A DNA stretch of 64,000 nucleotides from Zootoca vivipara (lineage: Eukaryota). The notes beneath the pieces were generated by a model. The model made no database searches. It was not told the DNA's origin and worked only from the letters and a program-made list of their open reading frames with translations. The position numbers and the translations under genes were made by a program. The stretch spans positions 29,078,001-29,142,000 of the forward strand of contig NC_083280.1 of NCBI RefSeq assembly GCF_963506605.1, given 5' to 3'. This document shows positions 35,301 through 43,788 of this stretch, one piece after another; positions within the stretch are counted from its first letter, which is position 1, and the number at the start of each line of letters is the position of its first letter.

Positions 35301-36424
35301 CAGATACACTGAAACAGAAGTCACCAGACTCTTATATATAGTGAGAGGGTGGGGAGGGGTATTACTAAGAAGGGTGGTGGGAATGGGTGATTGGCTGATA
35401 GGTGTGGTAAATCTGTTGATGACTGTTAATGATTGCAATTGGTATTACAGGAAAAAGCAAGGGGTGAGATGGCTTAAAATACAGGTGAAACTCGGAAAAT
35501 TTGAATATTGTCAAAAAGTGCATTTATTTCAGTAATGCAACTTATTATTTTTTATTTTATTTTTTATTTTTACAAATACTTTCTTTTGGAAATTCCACAG
35601 TAATAAAACAAATAGTTACAATAATACAAAAATAAACATCGCTATTACATTTCATTAATTACATTCCATATTACATTTCATTAATTACATTCCATTAATT
35701 ACATTCCATTACATTGACCCGCCTAATGACAAATAATTACAATTACAACAAATAAAGGCTTGACATATCTTGCTTTGCATCCCATGCATCTATCTCATCT
35801 ATTGGATTCACCTTTTAAGTTGCATTACTGAAATAAATGCACTTTTCGACTATATTCTAATTTTCCGAGTTTCACCTGTAGCTTTATCATGTATAATGAG
35901 ATAAGAATTCAATGTCTCTATTCAGACCAGGTCTCTCCATGGTTTTAAGTTTGGTAATAAGTTGCAATTGCAGTCGTTAACAGTCAACAGGTTTACCACA
36001 CCTATCAGCCAATCACCCATTCCCACCACCCTTCTTAGTAATACCCCTCCCCACTACGCAGTCTTATCCAAATGAGTCTCACTGAGCTCAGTGCGATTGG
36101 CTACCGAGTAAAACTGTACAGGGTGAGATAACTTCCACTTCTTTTTCCTGTTTCTTTCAGCACACTGGATCTGGTGACCAGGGAGGTGGACAGTCTCTCA
36201 TGTCAACTGGAAGCTGCCTTGAGGACTTCAGATCAGCACCCTTCATTGAATGCCAGGGTCAGCGAGGGACATGCCAATTTTTTACCAATGAATACAGCTT
36301 CTGGTTAAGTACTGTAAACCCAGAGATGCAGTTTACTTCAGTCCCTCATTCAGAGACTCTCAAAGATGAGCAAGAACAACGCCGCAATGTAGGTAGATGC
36401 CAGGTCTGCATGAAACATGGCTAA
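1829..36424 (+). CDS. COL4A4: Collagen type IV alpha-4 chain, 5'-partial, 29 coding exons (about human exons 20-48): join(1829-1993,4074-4166,4325-4488,5321-5393,6381-6487,6947-7130,7469-7537,8428-8535,10470-10688,15032-15193,15958-16128,16588-16731,17471-17578,18947-19128,20068-20131,20952-21026,22468-22575,22980-23087,23615-23686,24498-24626,24992-25099,25856-26011,26094-26192,28384-28392,29950-30084,31556-31672,32349-32537,33623-33909,36161-36424)
   Basis: Interrupted Gly-X-Y exons with phase-compatible splice sites, then an NC1 domain ([58 protein letters not shown]...[15 protein letters not shown]...[11 protein letters not shown]...RCQVCMKHG*) diagnostic of alpha-4(IV). The sulfilimine Met (PMMP) and Lys (ETLK) positions are retained. 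RHBDD1 lies convergent, as in mammals. Confidence 0.97.
2044..2800 (-). mobile_element. L2-clade LINE 3' fragment with (TTA)n tail
   Basis: (AAT)n 2044-2112 next to an L2-type 3' end; residual RVFS..WNAL-like coding; segment repeated at 8970-9153. Confidence 0.55.
3083..3218. mobile_element. 136-bp palindromic hAT MITE (family A), copy 1
   Basis: CAGGCA..CCCCAAAC termini, long inverted arms, 8-bp TSD CTCATGAG. Confidence 0.88.
4074..4166 (+). CDS. COL4A4: COL4A4 exon ~21 (93 bp), GC donor
   Basis: ttcaag|GT GTG GCT TGT...GAG AAA G|gcaagt; only the GC donor gives the phase 1 needed by the next exon. Confidence 0.88.
4325..4488 (+). CDS. COL4A4: COL4A4 exon ~22 (164 bp)
   Basis: tacag|GG AGT GCA...TCC CCC|gtgagt; [17 protein letters not shown]... 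Confidence 0.92.
4991..5160. mobile_element. Short GC-rich hAT-like MITE
   Basis: 8-bp TSD CACCCGGA (4983-4990, 5161-5168); imperfect TIR CGGTGGCAGA/TCCGCCAGTG. Confidence 0.6.
5321..5393 (+). CDS. COL4A4: COL4A4 exon ~23 (73 bp)
   Basis: gtaag|GGA ATA CCA...ATA AAA G|gtaac. Confidence 0.9.
6282..6338 (+). repeat. (CATA)n microsatellite
   Basis: About 14 tandem CATA units. Confidence 0.95.
6381..6487 (+). CDS. COL4A4: COL4A4 exon ~24 (107 bp)
   Basis: ttaaag|GG ATA AAA...TTT AAG|gtata. Confidence 0.9.
6947..7130 (+). CDS. COL4A4: COL4A4 exon ~25 (184 bp)
   Basis: ttacag|GGG TTT GAT...GAA AAA G|gtaatg. Confidence 0.92.
7210..7459 (+). mobile_element. L2 LINE RT fragment ending in (TTA)n
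   Basis: [16 protein letters not shown]...; closely similar to about 58740-58968. Confidence 0.85.
7469..7537 (+). CDS. COL4A4: COL4A4 exon ~26 (69 bp)
   Basis: ttctag|GT GCT ACT...ATA TCA G|gtatga. Confidence 0.9.
8428..8535 (+). CDS. COL4A4: COL4A4 exon ~27 (108 bp)
   Basis: ttcag|GC CCG AAA...CCA GAA G|gtaag. Confidence 0.92.
8970..9295 (-). mobile_element. Internally deleted L2 derivative (5' promoter-like end fused to 3' end)
   Basis: 8970-9153 matches 2228-2418; the reverse complement of 9250-9295 resembles the 122-bp 5' repeat at 55818. Confidence 0.5.
10470..10688 (+). CDS. COL4A4: COL4A4 exon ~28 (219 bp)
   Basis: ctccag|GT TTC AGG...CTT CAA G|gtatga. Confidence 0.92.
10835..11328 (+). 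mobile_element. Older L2 LINE 3' end with (TAA)n tail
   Basis: [32 protein letters not shown], homologous to the L2 C-terminus at about 59050. Confidence 0.75.
11518..11808 (-). mobile_element. 5'-truncated L1-type insertion
   Basis: Poly-T on +; 13-bp TSD TCTTTTACTTATT (11505-11517, 11809-11821). Confidence 0.7.
12704..13654. mobile_element. 951-bp CpG-rich non-autonomous hAT element
   Basis: TIR CAGGGCCGTC.../...GCCGGCCCTG; perfect 8-bp TSD ACCACTGT (12696-12703, 13655-13662); no transposase ORF. Confidence 0.85.
13952..14827 (-). mobile_element. L1-clade LINE 3' fragment
   Basis: ORF2 C-terminal zinc-knuckle region ([16 protein letters not shown]); 14-bp TSD ATGAGAC(C/A)TGTTTC. Confidence 0.82.
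15032..15193 (+). CDS. COL4A4: COL4A4 exon ~29 (162 bp)
   Basis: ttgcag|GA CAG CCT...TTT CCA G|gtaag. Confidence 0.92.
15958..16128 (+). CDS. COL4A4: COL4A4 exon ~30 (171 bp)
   Basis: ctcctag|GT TTA CAA...CAA AAA G|gtaaa. Confidence 0.92.
16588..16731 (+). CDS. COL4A4: COL4A4 exon ~31 (144 bp)
   Basis: ctgaag|GG AGC CAA...TTA AAA G|gtatg. Confidence 0.91.
17143..17298 (+). repeat. Exact 77-bp tandem duplication
   Basis: TAGAGTTTTGTTAAAGCT...CTGAATAC occurs twice with period 77. Confidence 0.92.
17471..17578 (+). CDS. COL4A4: COL4A4 exon ~32 (108 bp)
   Basis: tttaag|GT GAA AGA...ACA CAG G|gtaag. Confidence 0.92.
17780..18145 (-). mobile_element. Non-LTR retrotransposon 3' fragment (RTE-X-like)
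   Basis: Minus strand reads [16 protein letters not shown]...[25 protein letters not shown], then an AATAAA tail. Confidence 0.45.
18947..19128 (+). CDS. COL4A4: COL4A4 exon ~33 (182 bp)
   Basis: attcag|GT GAT AAA...GAC CAG|gtagg. Confidence 0.91.
20068..20131 (+). CDS. COL4A4: COL4A4 exon ~34 (64 bp)
   Basis: aattag|GGT GAA CAG...TCT AAA G|gtaatg. Confidence 0.91.
20210..20411. mobile_element. Tc1/Mariner (Tigger-like) MITE remnant
   Basis: TA|CAGTGGAA ... GAGGTACAACTG|TA; CpG-rich core. Confidence 0.55.
20952..21026 (+). CDS. COL4A4: COL4A4 exon ~35 (75 bp)
   Basis: ttgcag|GT AAC AGA GGT GAC...TTG CCA G|gtgatg. Confidence 0.88.
22043..22256. mobile_element. 214-bp fold-back hAT MITE
   Basis: About 101-bp near-perfect inverted arms from TAGGGTTGCCAG, 12-nt loop, 8-bp TSD GTGAGATG. 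Confidence 0.9.
22468..22575 (+). CDS. COL4A4: COL4A4 exon ~36 (108 bp)
   Basis: tttaag|GA CTT GAT...TTC CCA G|gtgag. Confidence 0.91.
22980..23087 (+). CDS. COL4A4: COL4A4 exon ~37 (108 bp)
   Basis: ctgcag|GT ATC CAA...AGA AAA G|gtaac. Confidence 0.92.
23615..23686 (+). CDS. COL4A4: COL4A4 exon ~38 (72 bp)
   Basis: ttcaaag|GC CTT TCG...TCT CCA G|gtaaa. Confidence 0.91.
24498..24626 (+). CDS. COL4A4: COL4A4 exon ~39 (129 bp)
   Basis: ataaag|GT TTA AGT...CCT CCT G|gtaag. Confidence 0.9.
24992..25099 (+). CDS. COL4A4: COL4A4 exon ~40 (108 bp)
   Basis: ttgcag|GC AAG CCA...GTT AGA G|gtatga. Confidence 0.91.
25856..26011 (+). CDS. COL4A4: COL4A4 exon ~41 (156 bp)
   Basis: ttccag|GT CTC CCT...TCA AAA G|gtatg. 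Confidence 0.92.
26094..26192 (+). CDS. COL4A4: COL4A4 exon ~42 (99 bp), after an 82-bp intron
   Basis: gttaag|GT CCA ACA...CCC AAA G|gtaat. Confidence 0.91.
26390..26707 (-). mobile_element. Sauria SINE (internal deletion)
   Basis: tRNA-like head, TTTACC-type tail, 11-bp TSD CTGCAAATAGG. Confidence 0.88.
27636..27991 (-). mobile_element. Sauria SINE
   Basis: Near full length, 11-bp TSD ACACAGCCTAG. Confidence 0.9.
28384..28392 (+). CDS. COL4A4: COL4A4 9-bp microexon (about exon 43), encodes (G)-C-R-(G)
   Basis: ccaccag|GTTGCAGAG|gtaagc; branch-like CTGAT about 23 nt upstream; phase 1/1; matches the position of the 9-bp G-P-R exon I recall in human COL4A4. Confidence 0.8.
28653..29022 (-). 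mobile_element. Sauria SINE
   Basis: Full length, 14-bp TSD AATGTGCTTAGAAA. Confidence 0.9.
29950..30084 (+). CDS. COL4A4: COL4A4 exon ~44 (135 bp)
   Basis: tttcag|GT GAC CCA...CCC CCA G|gtaagt; [19 protein letters not shown]. Confidence 0.92.
30800..31533 (-). mobile_element. L2 LINE endonuclease-domain fragment
   Basis: LVYRPP...VVLGDFNIH...GHALDLVF...WSDHFLV; same family as about 56620-57377. Confidence 0.88.
31556..31672 (+). CDS. COL4A4: COL4A4 exon ~45 (117 bp)
   Basis: tttcag|GA GAG AAA...TTA CAA G|gtatt. Confidence 0.9.
32349..32537 (+). CDS. COL4A4: COL4A4 exon ~46 (189 bp; triple helix/NC1 junction)
   Basis: tgcaag|GT TTT CCA...GAT CTT G|gtgag. Confidence 0.93.
33623..33909 (+). 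CDS. COL4A4: COL4A4 exon ~47 (287 bp; NC1)
   Basis: ttctag|GT CTT GCT...TTA ATG|gtaag. Confidence 0.95.
35176..36054 (-). mobile_element. Penelope-like element remnant with inverted terminal segment
   Basis: Minus strand about 35888-35970 reads [26 protein letters not shown] (GIY-YIG C-terminal GLNRD); 35349-35440 is inverted at about 35964-36054. Confidence 0.72.
35482..35878. mobile_element. Tc1/Mariner MITE nested in the Penelope remnant
   Basis: About 63-bp TIR CAGGTGAAACTCGGAAAATT..., TA TSD. Confidence 0.85.
36161..36424 (+). CDS. COL4A4: COL4A4 terminal coding exon ~48 (264 bp to stop; NC1)
   Basis: tttcag|CAC ACT GGA...CAT GGC TAA. Confidence 0.95.
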   Translation, partial: HTGSGDQGGGQSLMSTGSCLEDFRSAPFIECQGQRGTCQFFTNEYSFWLSTVNPEMQFTSVPHSETLKDEQEQRRNVGRCQVCMKHG

Positions 36425-36599
36425 AAGAAACCTAATCAGTCAAACCATGGAACTGTAGTTCTTCCTCAAGTCCCATCGCCTGTGCAGCGACACTTTTAAG
36501 ACGCATTGTGGCTGTGTTAGCTAGAAATGTATGTAAAGCTTAATGTTTTTTATGAGCCCCAAAGCATAAGCCAACTTGCAAAGGCCAGCAGGATGGGAG

Positions 36600-36848
36600 G
36601 GCCAGCCAGTGTGGGGTAATGGTTAAGTGTGCTGGACAAGGACCTAGGAGAACAGGGTTCAAATCCATACTCAGCCATGAACCTCACTTGGTGATCTTAG
36701 GCCAGTCACTGTCTCTCAGCCTATCCTACCTCACAGAGCATTGTGAGGATAAAAGGGGAAGGGGAAGAACCACATGCACCCGCTACAACTCACTGGAGGA
36801 AAAGGGGTGTGTGTGTGTAAATGTAGGAAAACATAAATAAATAAAAAA
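36600..36848 (+). mobile_element. tRNA-derived CORE/MIR-like squamate SINE in the COL4A4 3' UTR
   Basis: A-box and B-box (GGTTCAAATCC), core CTCTCAGCCT..CCTACCTCACAG, A-rich tail. Confidence 0.7.
36836..36845 (+). terminator. Candidate COL4A4 proximal polyadenylation signal (overlapping AATAAA x2)
   Basis: AATAAATAAA about 410 nt after the stop, with a T-rich tract about 25 nt downstream; lies in a SINE tail. Confidence 0.4.
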
Positions 36849-37173
36849 CAAACCATCTCCTGAGTTCTTTTTTGCTGCCATAGGGAATAGATCATCTATC
36901 ACCCTCACCCATCTTTTTTCCTGGAGCTTTTTACCCTTTATTTCCCTCTTGTCTCCTTAAACTGCAAGCCTGCAGGCAAGTCCAGTCTTATGTTTTTAAT
37001 ATTGTTTATACAACACCTCGATGACTGAGACACTTTATTGGTAGTAAACTATTTTTATTAGGTCTGACCTAGCAGATTCACGGATGCAATTCATGTAAGC
37101 ATGAAAAGCACGCCAGCACGCTTAAGCAAATTTCTGCCAGGAGGTTGTGACCCTGCCACAAATAGAGCCAAGT

Positions 37174-37326
37174 ACCATACTTTTCCATGTATAAGACTAT
37201 ATTTTTTTCCTAAATTTTTGAAGTTTAAAATAAGGGGTCGTCTTATACACTGATAGTGCATGGTGCATTTTCTTAATTTTGGGTGAAAAAAATATTAGGG
37301 GGTGTCTTATACACAGGAAAATATGG
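37174..37326. mobile_element. Tc1/Mariner-superfamily MITE (CCGTATTTT..GTATAAGAC termini)
   Basis: Degenerate TIRs; same family as 61898-62282. Confidence 0.55.
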
Positions 37327-37509
37327 TCCTTTCCCCGTGTGGTTGCATCCTCGGGGATCACCATTTGAATGCTTATAAATCAGAGCAAAGAATGAGAATA
37401 CATATGAAACATTTTCTCATATGGTGTCATCTCCATTTTTACATGTCATGTGCGCATCATTTACACTTGAGGAGTCTAATTAAATTATACTAACCCTACA
37501 GACAAGTCA

Positions 37510-37700
37510 CACTTTTAGACATCTTTGTAACACAGAGCTGGTCTGTCAACGGGCCTGATACCTGAAGCCAGCTCCTTGTAGAGCACGTCCTTGGGGATCC
37601 TGCCATCTTCTATTCTGTGGACATGACCAAAATAGTGTAGGTGTCGCTTAAACAGGAGTGTGACCCTGCTGGGAATGTGGGCTTGGAAGAGCACATTGGT
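37510..37700 (-). mobile_element. RTE/Bov-B-type LINE fragment
   Basis: HLHYFGHVHRIEDGRIPKDVLYKELASG..RP, typical of the RTE ORF C-terminus. Confidence 0.72.
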
Positions 37701-38609
37701 GAAGGCAAGAAGGGCTAACATGGCTTAAAACCAAGCATTTTGGCCTGGACTGATAAGTCAACAGGTTCTAAGCAACCACTGCTATGATTTTTATAGCACT
37801 ATCCTATGCAAGGCTATTCAGAAGTAAGTTCTTCTAAGTTCAACAGGACTTATTCTTAGGTAGATGTACATAGGAAATAACTCATAATGCAGTTACTTCT
37901 TGTAATGTAGAATACTATCATAATCAAGCTGCATCGAGAACAGATTTCCCTATTCCCCCTCAAGTTCCAACTGGGAAGCAAGGTAAAGTGGACATTTACT
38001 GAACACTGTGCAGTCCTTGGTGACAAGAGGCAACTGACTTACCAGTGCCTACTTTGTTGTTCTGATTTCCCACCCTTGGAGGAAACTATCTAAAGAACCC
38101 TCCTGTTAAGGTAGCTAATGAATGGGTGGACAGCAGCCCTTTGGAGAAGAGCTTGTTTAACTGGGTTTTTCTATTACTATACACAGGCAGGTCACTGAGA
38201 AGCCAGTCTGAGGATCTTTGTGTTTTCATTTATTTTGAGTTATTTATATCATTTTATATTTTGTCTGCTGCACAGTTATTACAGCCATTCATCAACAGCA
38301 AAATTCCCCTCAATAAGCTGTTTGGCAAGAAAGGATGAGCAATAGGGGGAATAGAATACAGCCTCTAATCCCCTGTGAACAGTGCTGAAAATCTGACCTA
38401 AACTACAATATGATCTTCAAGTCACCAGATCTACCACACAATGGGCATAGTTGGTCTTTGGCCTGATATTCATTGATTCCCTTTCTGACAAGAAAAATAA
38501 AACAAAGGTGCTAAAAATAGCTTTCATGCATGAAAAACATTAAAATGCAGACAACAGGAAAAATCCCACCTTGCCTGCTTGGAATATTAATTCAACCAAC
38601 AGGCTAGGT

Positions 38610-39090
38610 CAGGGGTTCCCAACAAAATTTTCTCGAGGACCCCTCATCGAGCCGCTATTGTGACGAGGACCCCCATTAATTCCTAATCCTAAAATTAAAA
38701 AGTGAGAGCCAAATTAAGAGTCTTTTTATAAGAGTCAAGGGAGGAGGGAGGGGAATGGAGAAGACAGGGTACCTGCGCAGTAGCGCACAAATGAAGCCAA
38801 CGCGCGCAAAGCATCTTGGGGAGGTGAGCGTTAGTAGAATGCGCACGCTGCCTCTTTGCAAAACAGTAGTGTTTGTAAAGCACCACCTAACGGCATACAG
38901 CAGAACTACTGCCTCATCTAATTCTAGTTTTGCGCTAGACTCTGCTCATGCAGGAAGCGGCCAAAACAAAAAATCTGTTATCATACGAAATATATTTAAT
39001 ATATTTTTTATTCTAATAGCATCTTGCGGACCCCTCTGGCATAGCTCGCGGACCCCTGGGGGTCCGCGGACCACCTGTTGGGAACCACTG
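38610..39090. mobile_element. 481-bp hAT (Charlie-like) non-autonomous element
   Basis: TIR CAGGGGTTCCCAAC/GTTGGGAACCACTG; 8-bp TSD GGCTAGGT. Confidence 0.88.
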
Positions 39091-39371
39091 GGCTAGGTCA
39101 AAGCCCACCTGAGGTGTTAACCAGATCTGTTCTTCAGCCTGTTACACAAGCATTCACAGAAGTATCATATCAGAAGCAGATGAGTGCACATCACAGAAGC
39201 TACAGCAACGGATAGGATTACTTAAAAATATTATTGTCTTGCTTACTTGGTGGAACTAGCAAGAACCAACAAATGCTAAGATAAATGAATACTATAGTGG
39301 GTGAAATCCAACTATCACTGCAAATATTTCCATTTCCTTACTGCTCTGGAGTGTTGGGCGAATCTCTAGAG

Positions 39372-39507
39372 CAGGCATCCCCAAACTTCAGCCCTCCAGA
39401 TGTTTTGGACTACAATTCCCATCATCCCTGACCACTGGTCCTGTTAGCTAGGGATCATGGGAGTTGTAGGCCAAAACATCTGGAGGGCCGCAGTTTGGGG
39501 GTGCCTG
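39372..39507. mobile_element. 136-bp hAT MITE family A, copy 2
   Basis: TSD CTCTAGAG. Confidence 0.9.
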
Positions 39508-40637
39508 CTCTAGAGCATATTGAGGGGGGGGTAGGGAGGAGGAGTTCTGTTGCACAACAGGAAATCCTTGCGTCTATGAAATGCATTATTTGAATTCCGA
39601 CCATAATATTTGCATATATGGTAGACAAGAAGTAAAAGTGATTTGCAGCTTAAAGTACTAGTACAGACTAAGACAGCAAGATGGCTAGTGATTACATATT
39701 AACACAGGCTACCCTATTTCCTGTAGCAGAAATAAGAGGCAGGCAGAGCAACTGTTCTATGTGGAGTAAAGGCACAAAGGCACAGACTAAGAAACCTGAC
39801 AAAATAGCAGTGGAAACATATACCCAAGGGCGGGGGACGATGACGACTTGAATGCAAATGACTAGGAGCTGGACTAATTTGGGGCTGGGTGGTGGTGTTG
39901 AGAGATAACAAGACTAGGGAAATAGGAAAGAGAGAGCAAGTGGAAGCAAGGCACTAATTACCTACCTCAAATAGGGACAATAAAGGCAAAATGTTTCCTT
40001 GATTCCACTGTAACCTCCTGGGGCACAGTAATGGCTGAGACCACAATTTCTAACAGTGGTTCAAAAAGGGTGTAGGGTGGTCTGCTCAAATGCTAAGAGG
40101 CACCAGGTAAGATGAGTGAACAACAGACAACAATGGGTTGGCCAAGAAGTTGGCCCTTGAGGCAAGCCAGACTCTCATCCTAAGTTCCTTCCAAGTTGCT
40201 CAATAAAGTTTTAAAAATAGAAAAGGCTTGTTTTAGAGATAAAACTGGCTTGTGCTTCCTGCAACAGTCATGACTTAATATTTGTAATAAATGAAACAAT
40301 TTGGGATAATAGTTTTCAGCTCCACATGAACCGTTAGCTGCATGTTCACCTATAAACAGGCCTCTTAAGTGTGTTTCCCTAAAATAAAACCAAGAGTCAT
40401 ACAGGAAGGGGGGGGGGAGAATCCTCACTCCTGGTCTGCAAAGTGTTACAGATAACAGCACTTTAAAGAGGCCCAAGGCTTAACAAGTAGCACAAGAAAG
40501 AAAAAACTACAACTGTTGTTTTGTTTTCATGCAAAATAAAGTGAGCATGGATGTTTGTGCATTCCAAGCTACTCATGCTTTGACAATTTATTCTGGCTTT
40601 ATATGCCAATTTGCAGTGCTGTCATGACAAATGTGTT

Positions 40638-40651
40638 GTTGCCATGGTAAC
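40638..40651. promoter_or_regulatory. RFX X-box motif
   Basis: GTTGCCATGGTAAC, a near-perfect palindromic X-box; function untested. Confidence 0.45.
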
Positions 40652-42509
40652 TTCCACAGTCAGTGCTTAGGCTGTCACTGAAATACTATCCTCCACTTTA
40701 AATGAACAGCAATATTTCACAGCGCATTTTAAAAAATACTGTTTTTACACAGAGAATGGAGCCATCCGTAGGGAACATTCCTTCCTATGTTTTCCCTGTG
40801 GTGTCTGTTTCTTCCCTCTAAATTGATTGGAATTCTATTCTCCTTTGAGGTTCAAGGGGATATTTATTTGTTGTTGTTTTCAACAGACTTCTCTTTGGTG
40901 TTTCAGAGAGTACACAGACCACAGCTAACTAAAAGAAACCATAGAGAAATGTCCAAGTATTGGTTTTGGTCTATATTTCAAGCACAATCACAGATGTGTC
41001 CCAATCACAAAATCAGATCTACATACATCATAGGCCCAAATTTGTTGAACAAACACTAACTACTGTAATCCCAAAATCCTACGCTCCCAGAAGTTCATAG
41101 TACTGTTGGAATAGTACATGTGGGGTGTTTGTGTTACTGCCTGCTATTGCTAAACATAGGCTGTCATTCATACATGCCTTGCAGGCTGCTGCAAAAACCC
41201 TCAGAACTAGATGTAAGAAGCAAAGCCTCTGAAGTAGCTTTCACGGGATGCAGTTACCTCAGTGAAGACTGAAGCAAGTTTCAAACACTTCCACTTTTGC
41301 AATTTATCAGATTCAAGCCAAAGTACAAGCTATGGGTGTTAACTTATTTGGATCTCTTTCAAGCTGAGGATCCTAGGCAGTTGCAATAAATGAGAAACAA
41401 AGCCTCGGCTTTAAACCCTGTACAGAAAGCTATCCATCCAGGTTGATTCATGAAAGGTATTTCTCTGTTCAGGAACCTTCCAGGCAGCCCACAAAAACCA
41501 GCCACACTGCTGAGAGGGACAACTGTTCTTCACAACCAACCTTTGCTCTGCACTAAATTGCTTGAGATAAAATACACTGGAGCACTCAAACTGGAACGCA
41601 AGAACAATAACTGGCCAGATGTCATGCTGGCAATCTGGCCTTCTCTAGTGACAGGTCCGGTGCAAGTTGGGGAGAAGAGTGCTCAGTCTTTGGGGAATTA
41701 TTGCTGCCAGCAATAAAACTTACTTTCTTTTTCTCCACATCTGGGTCTGTGATCCTCAAGAAGCCATTGTACTAAGGTTCCCAGGTGCCACGCTACAGCA
41801 GGATACACCTTCTCCTGGCTTTCACCTTGGTACCAACCTGTGGCATTGAGTTAGAGGTTGTTACAACCCAAAGTTCAATCATTCCCTCTCTCTTGCTTCT
41901 TCGTTCCAAAGGCAACTGCGCTACAGCAATGAAACTCAAGGTAAGTATCATACACTAGTTAGCTGCCACACAGACACTCTTTTGGATGAGCTGGAGACAA
42001 TATAGAATGAAAGTGTGATGTTGAAAGGTATCCTCAGACTCCAGGAAGGATCTGGCAATTTCCCCCAATACCACTCAGAATAAAGTGGCTATTCTACCAT
42101 ATTCTATTCAGTCATTTGAAACTGAAAATCAGGTAACTTAATTGATCAATATTAGATTTTTTTATATACGTGTTCATTTTATCAGGGATACTCCTCAATT
42201 AGAAAATGCTAACGTTGAGGGGCCAAAACACATGCACGCACACACAAAAACACAGCCCTATTTAAGCTGGTGTGAAATTTATTTATTTTATTTTAAAAAA
42301 TCACAAGATTGCTTGTTAATTCACAAACCATAATTGCCAGAGACAAAATGATGTAATGAACAGGAATGTTCAATCTCACCTCTTCTACCACTATTCCTCA
42401 AAAAAGATTAACCAAAATGATTTCTGGGAGCTTGTGGAGAGTTGCTTTAAAAATAATAATTTAAAAGTCAAGGGCATCTTCATCAGCAACACTTGCAGAA
42501 GTTTACAGT

Positions 42510-42748
42510 AAGTAAACAGGAGGCAGCGATAACCACCAACTTAGATGGCTCTAAAAGATTAGACAAATTCATAGAGAAGAGCATTCAAGGAGAAGAATGC
42601 TTCTGAATACCAGTTGCTGGAAACCACAGAAGAGAGTGTTCTTATACTCCCTAGTTTTTCCTAGGCATCTGGTTGGCCATTGTGAGAACAGGATGCTGGA
42701 CTAGATGGGCCATTGGCCTGATCCAGCAGGCTATTCTTATGTTCTTAA
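42510..42748 (+). mobile_element. Old CR1-type 3' fragment (related copies near 340-500, 4640-4895, 9310-9548)
   Basis: GAACAGGATGCTGGACTAGATGGGCC..CTGATCCAGCAGG..TCTTATGTTCTTA end motif. Confidence 0.55.
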
Positions 42749-43754
42749 ATGAGTAGTACTTGATCTGGTTCAAGTATTACTGTTTGAAAATTGAAAATTA
42801 GTAAAGAGTAAACATAATGGCAAATTCAGTGGACACTTGGCCACAAAGGTAGATACATATTAAATGCACCTTTACAAGTAATTATCCTGGACTTTCCTGT
42901 TGTGGTCCTGATTAACGTTGCTCCCCTGAAGTTATTTCCACTTAGAAGTAAGCTCCCTTTGGCAGCAATGCAAGTCTTTCCCTAAAATGCAAGTCTTATC
43001 CCAAAGGAGGTTAGGATAGGTGGTCACAGAATTCTTTTCTGAAGGACAAAAATGTAACAGCACAATGCTAGCTAGATCTTAAAATAAAAATCGAAGCACA
43101 ACATTTGTATAGAATGCAGATGAAAATCAGTACTCAATTATGTACAGGATCAGTATTTCTGAATATAAAAGACCTACAAAATCATCAGAGACCAAAGAGA
43201 TTTATATGTAGTGCCATTACCGTACTCCTGAAATCTCTCTCAAATTTAGAGCTCTCAGCACTTGGCAAGACAAAAAACCATTTTGTATTTTGGTTCTCTT
43301 AGGACAACACTGATAAAGGAAATTACAGATGCAAAATTGAAGCCTATCCAAACAATATCCTGTGCATCTCAAATGTTTTCATATTTTTAAACTGAGGATT
43401 TGCTGATGAAATCCAGAAAACAAACAGATTACGTCAACAATATTTCTGCTATATTAACATCCAGATGTTACTTATGATGTGTATATGGGGGGCAGGGAGG
43501 AAGAGAAAGGGAGAGGGAGATCCTGGAAAAAACTCATTGGAGAGGTAGTTGTGTCAATGCTTCAGAAGCACAGAACCCAGTCAATAAGTAAACTCACACT
43601 CGAACATACAAATAAATCAAAACTTACAGGATGAATCTAAATATCTATGAATAATACTGAAAAGATTGAAGACAACGAAAGTTCTCCTATTTGGGCTTTG
43701 AAAAATATACAAAGTTCAGGCCTCTCGTGTACAAAAAGATTTAAGTGTTAGTAC

Positions 43755-43788
43755 TTTAATATATTTATACACTGAGTGTCACTTTATT
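43755..43788 (-). terminator. Candidate RHBDD1 polyadenylation signals
   Basis: Minus-strand AATAAA (43783-43788) and ATTAAA (43755-43760), about 0.9 kb past the stop. Confidence 0.35.
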
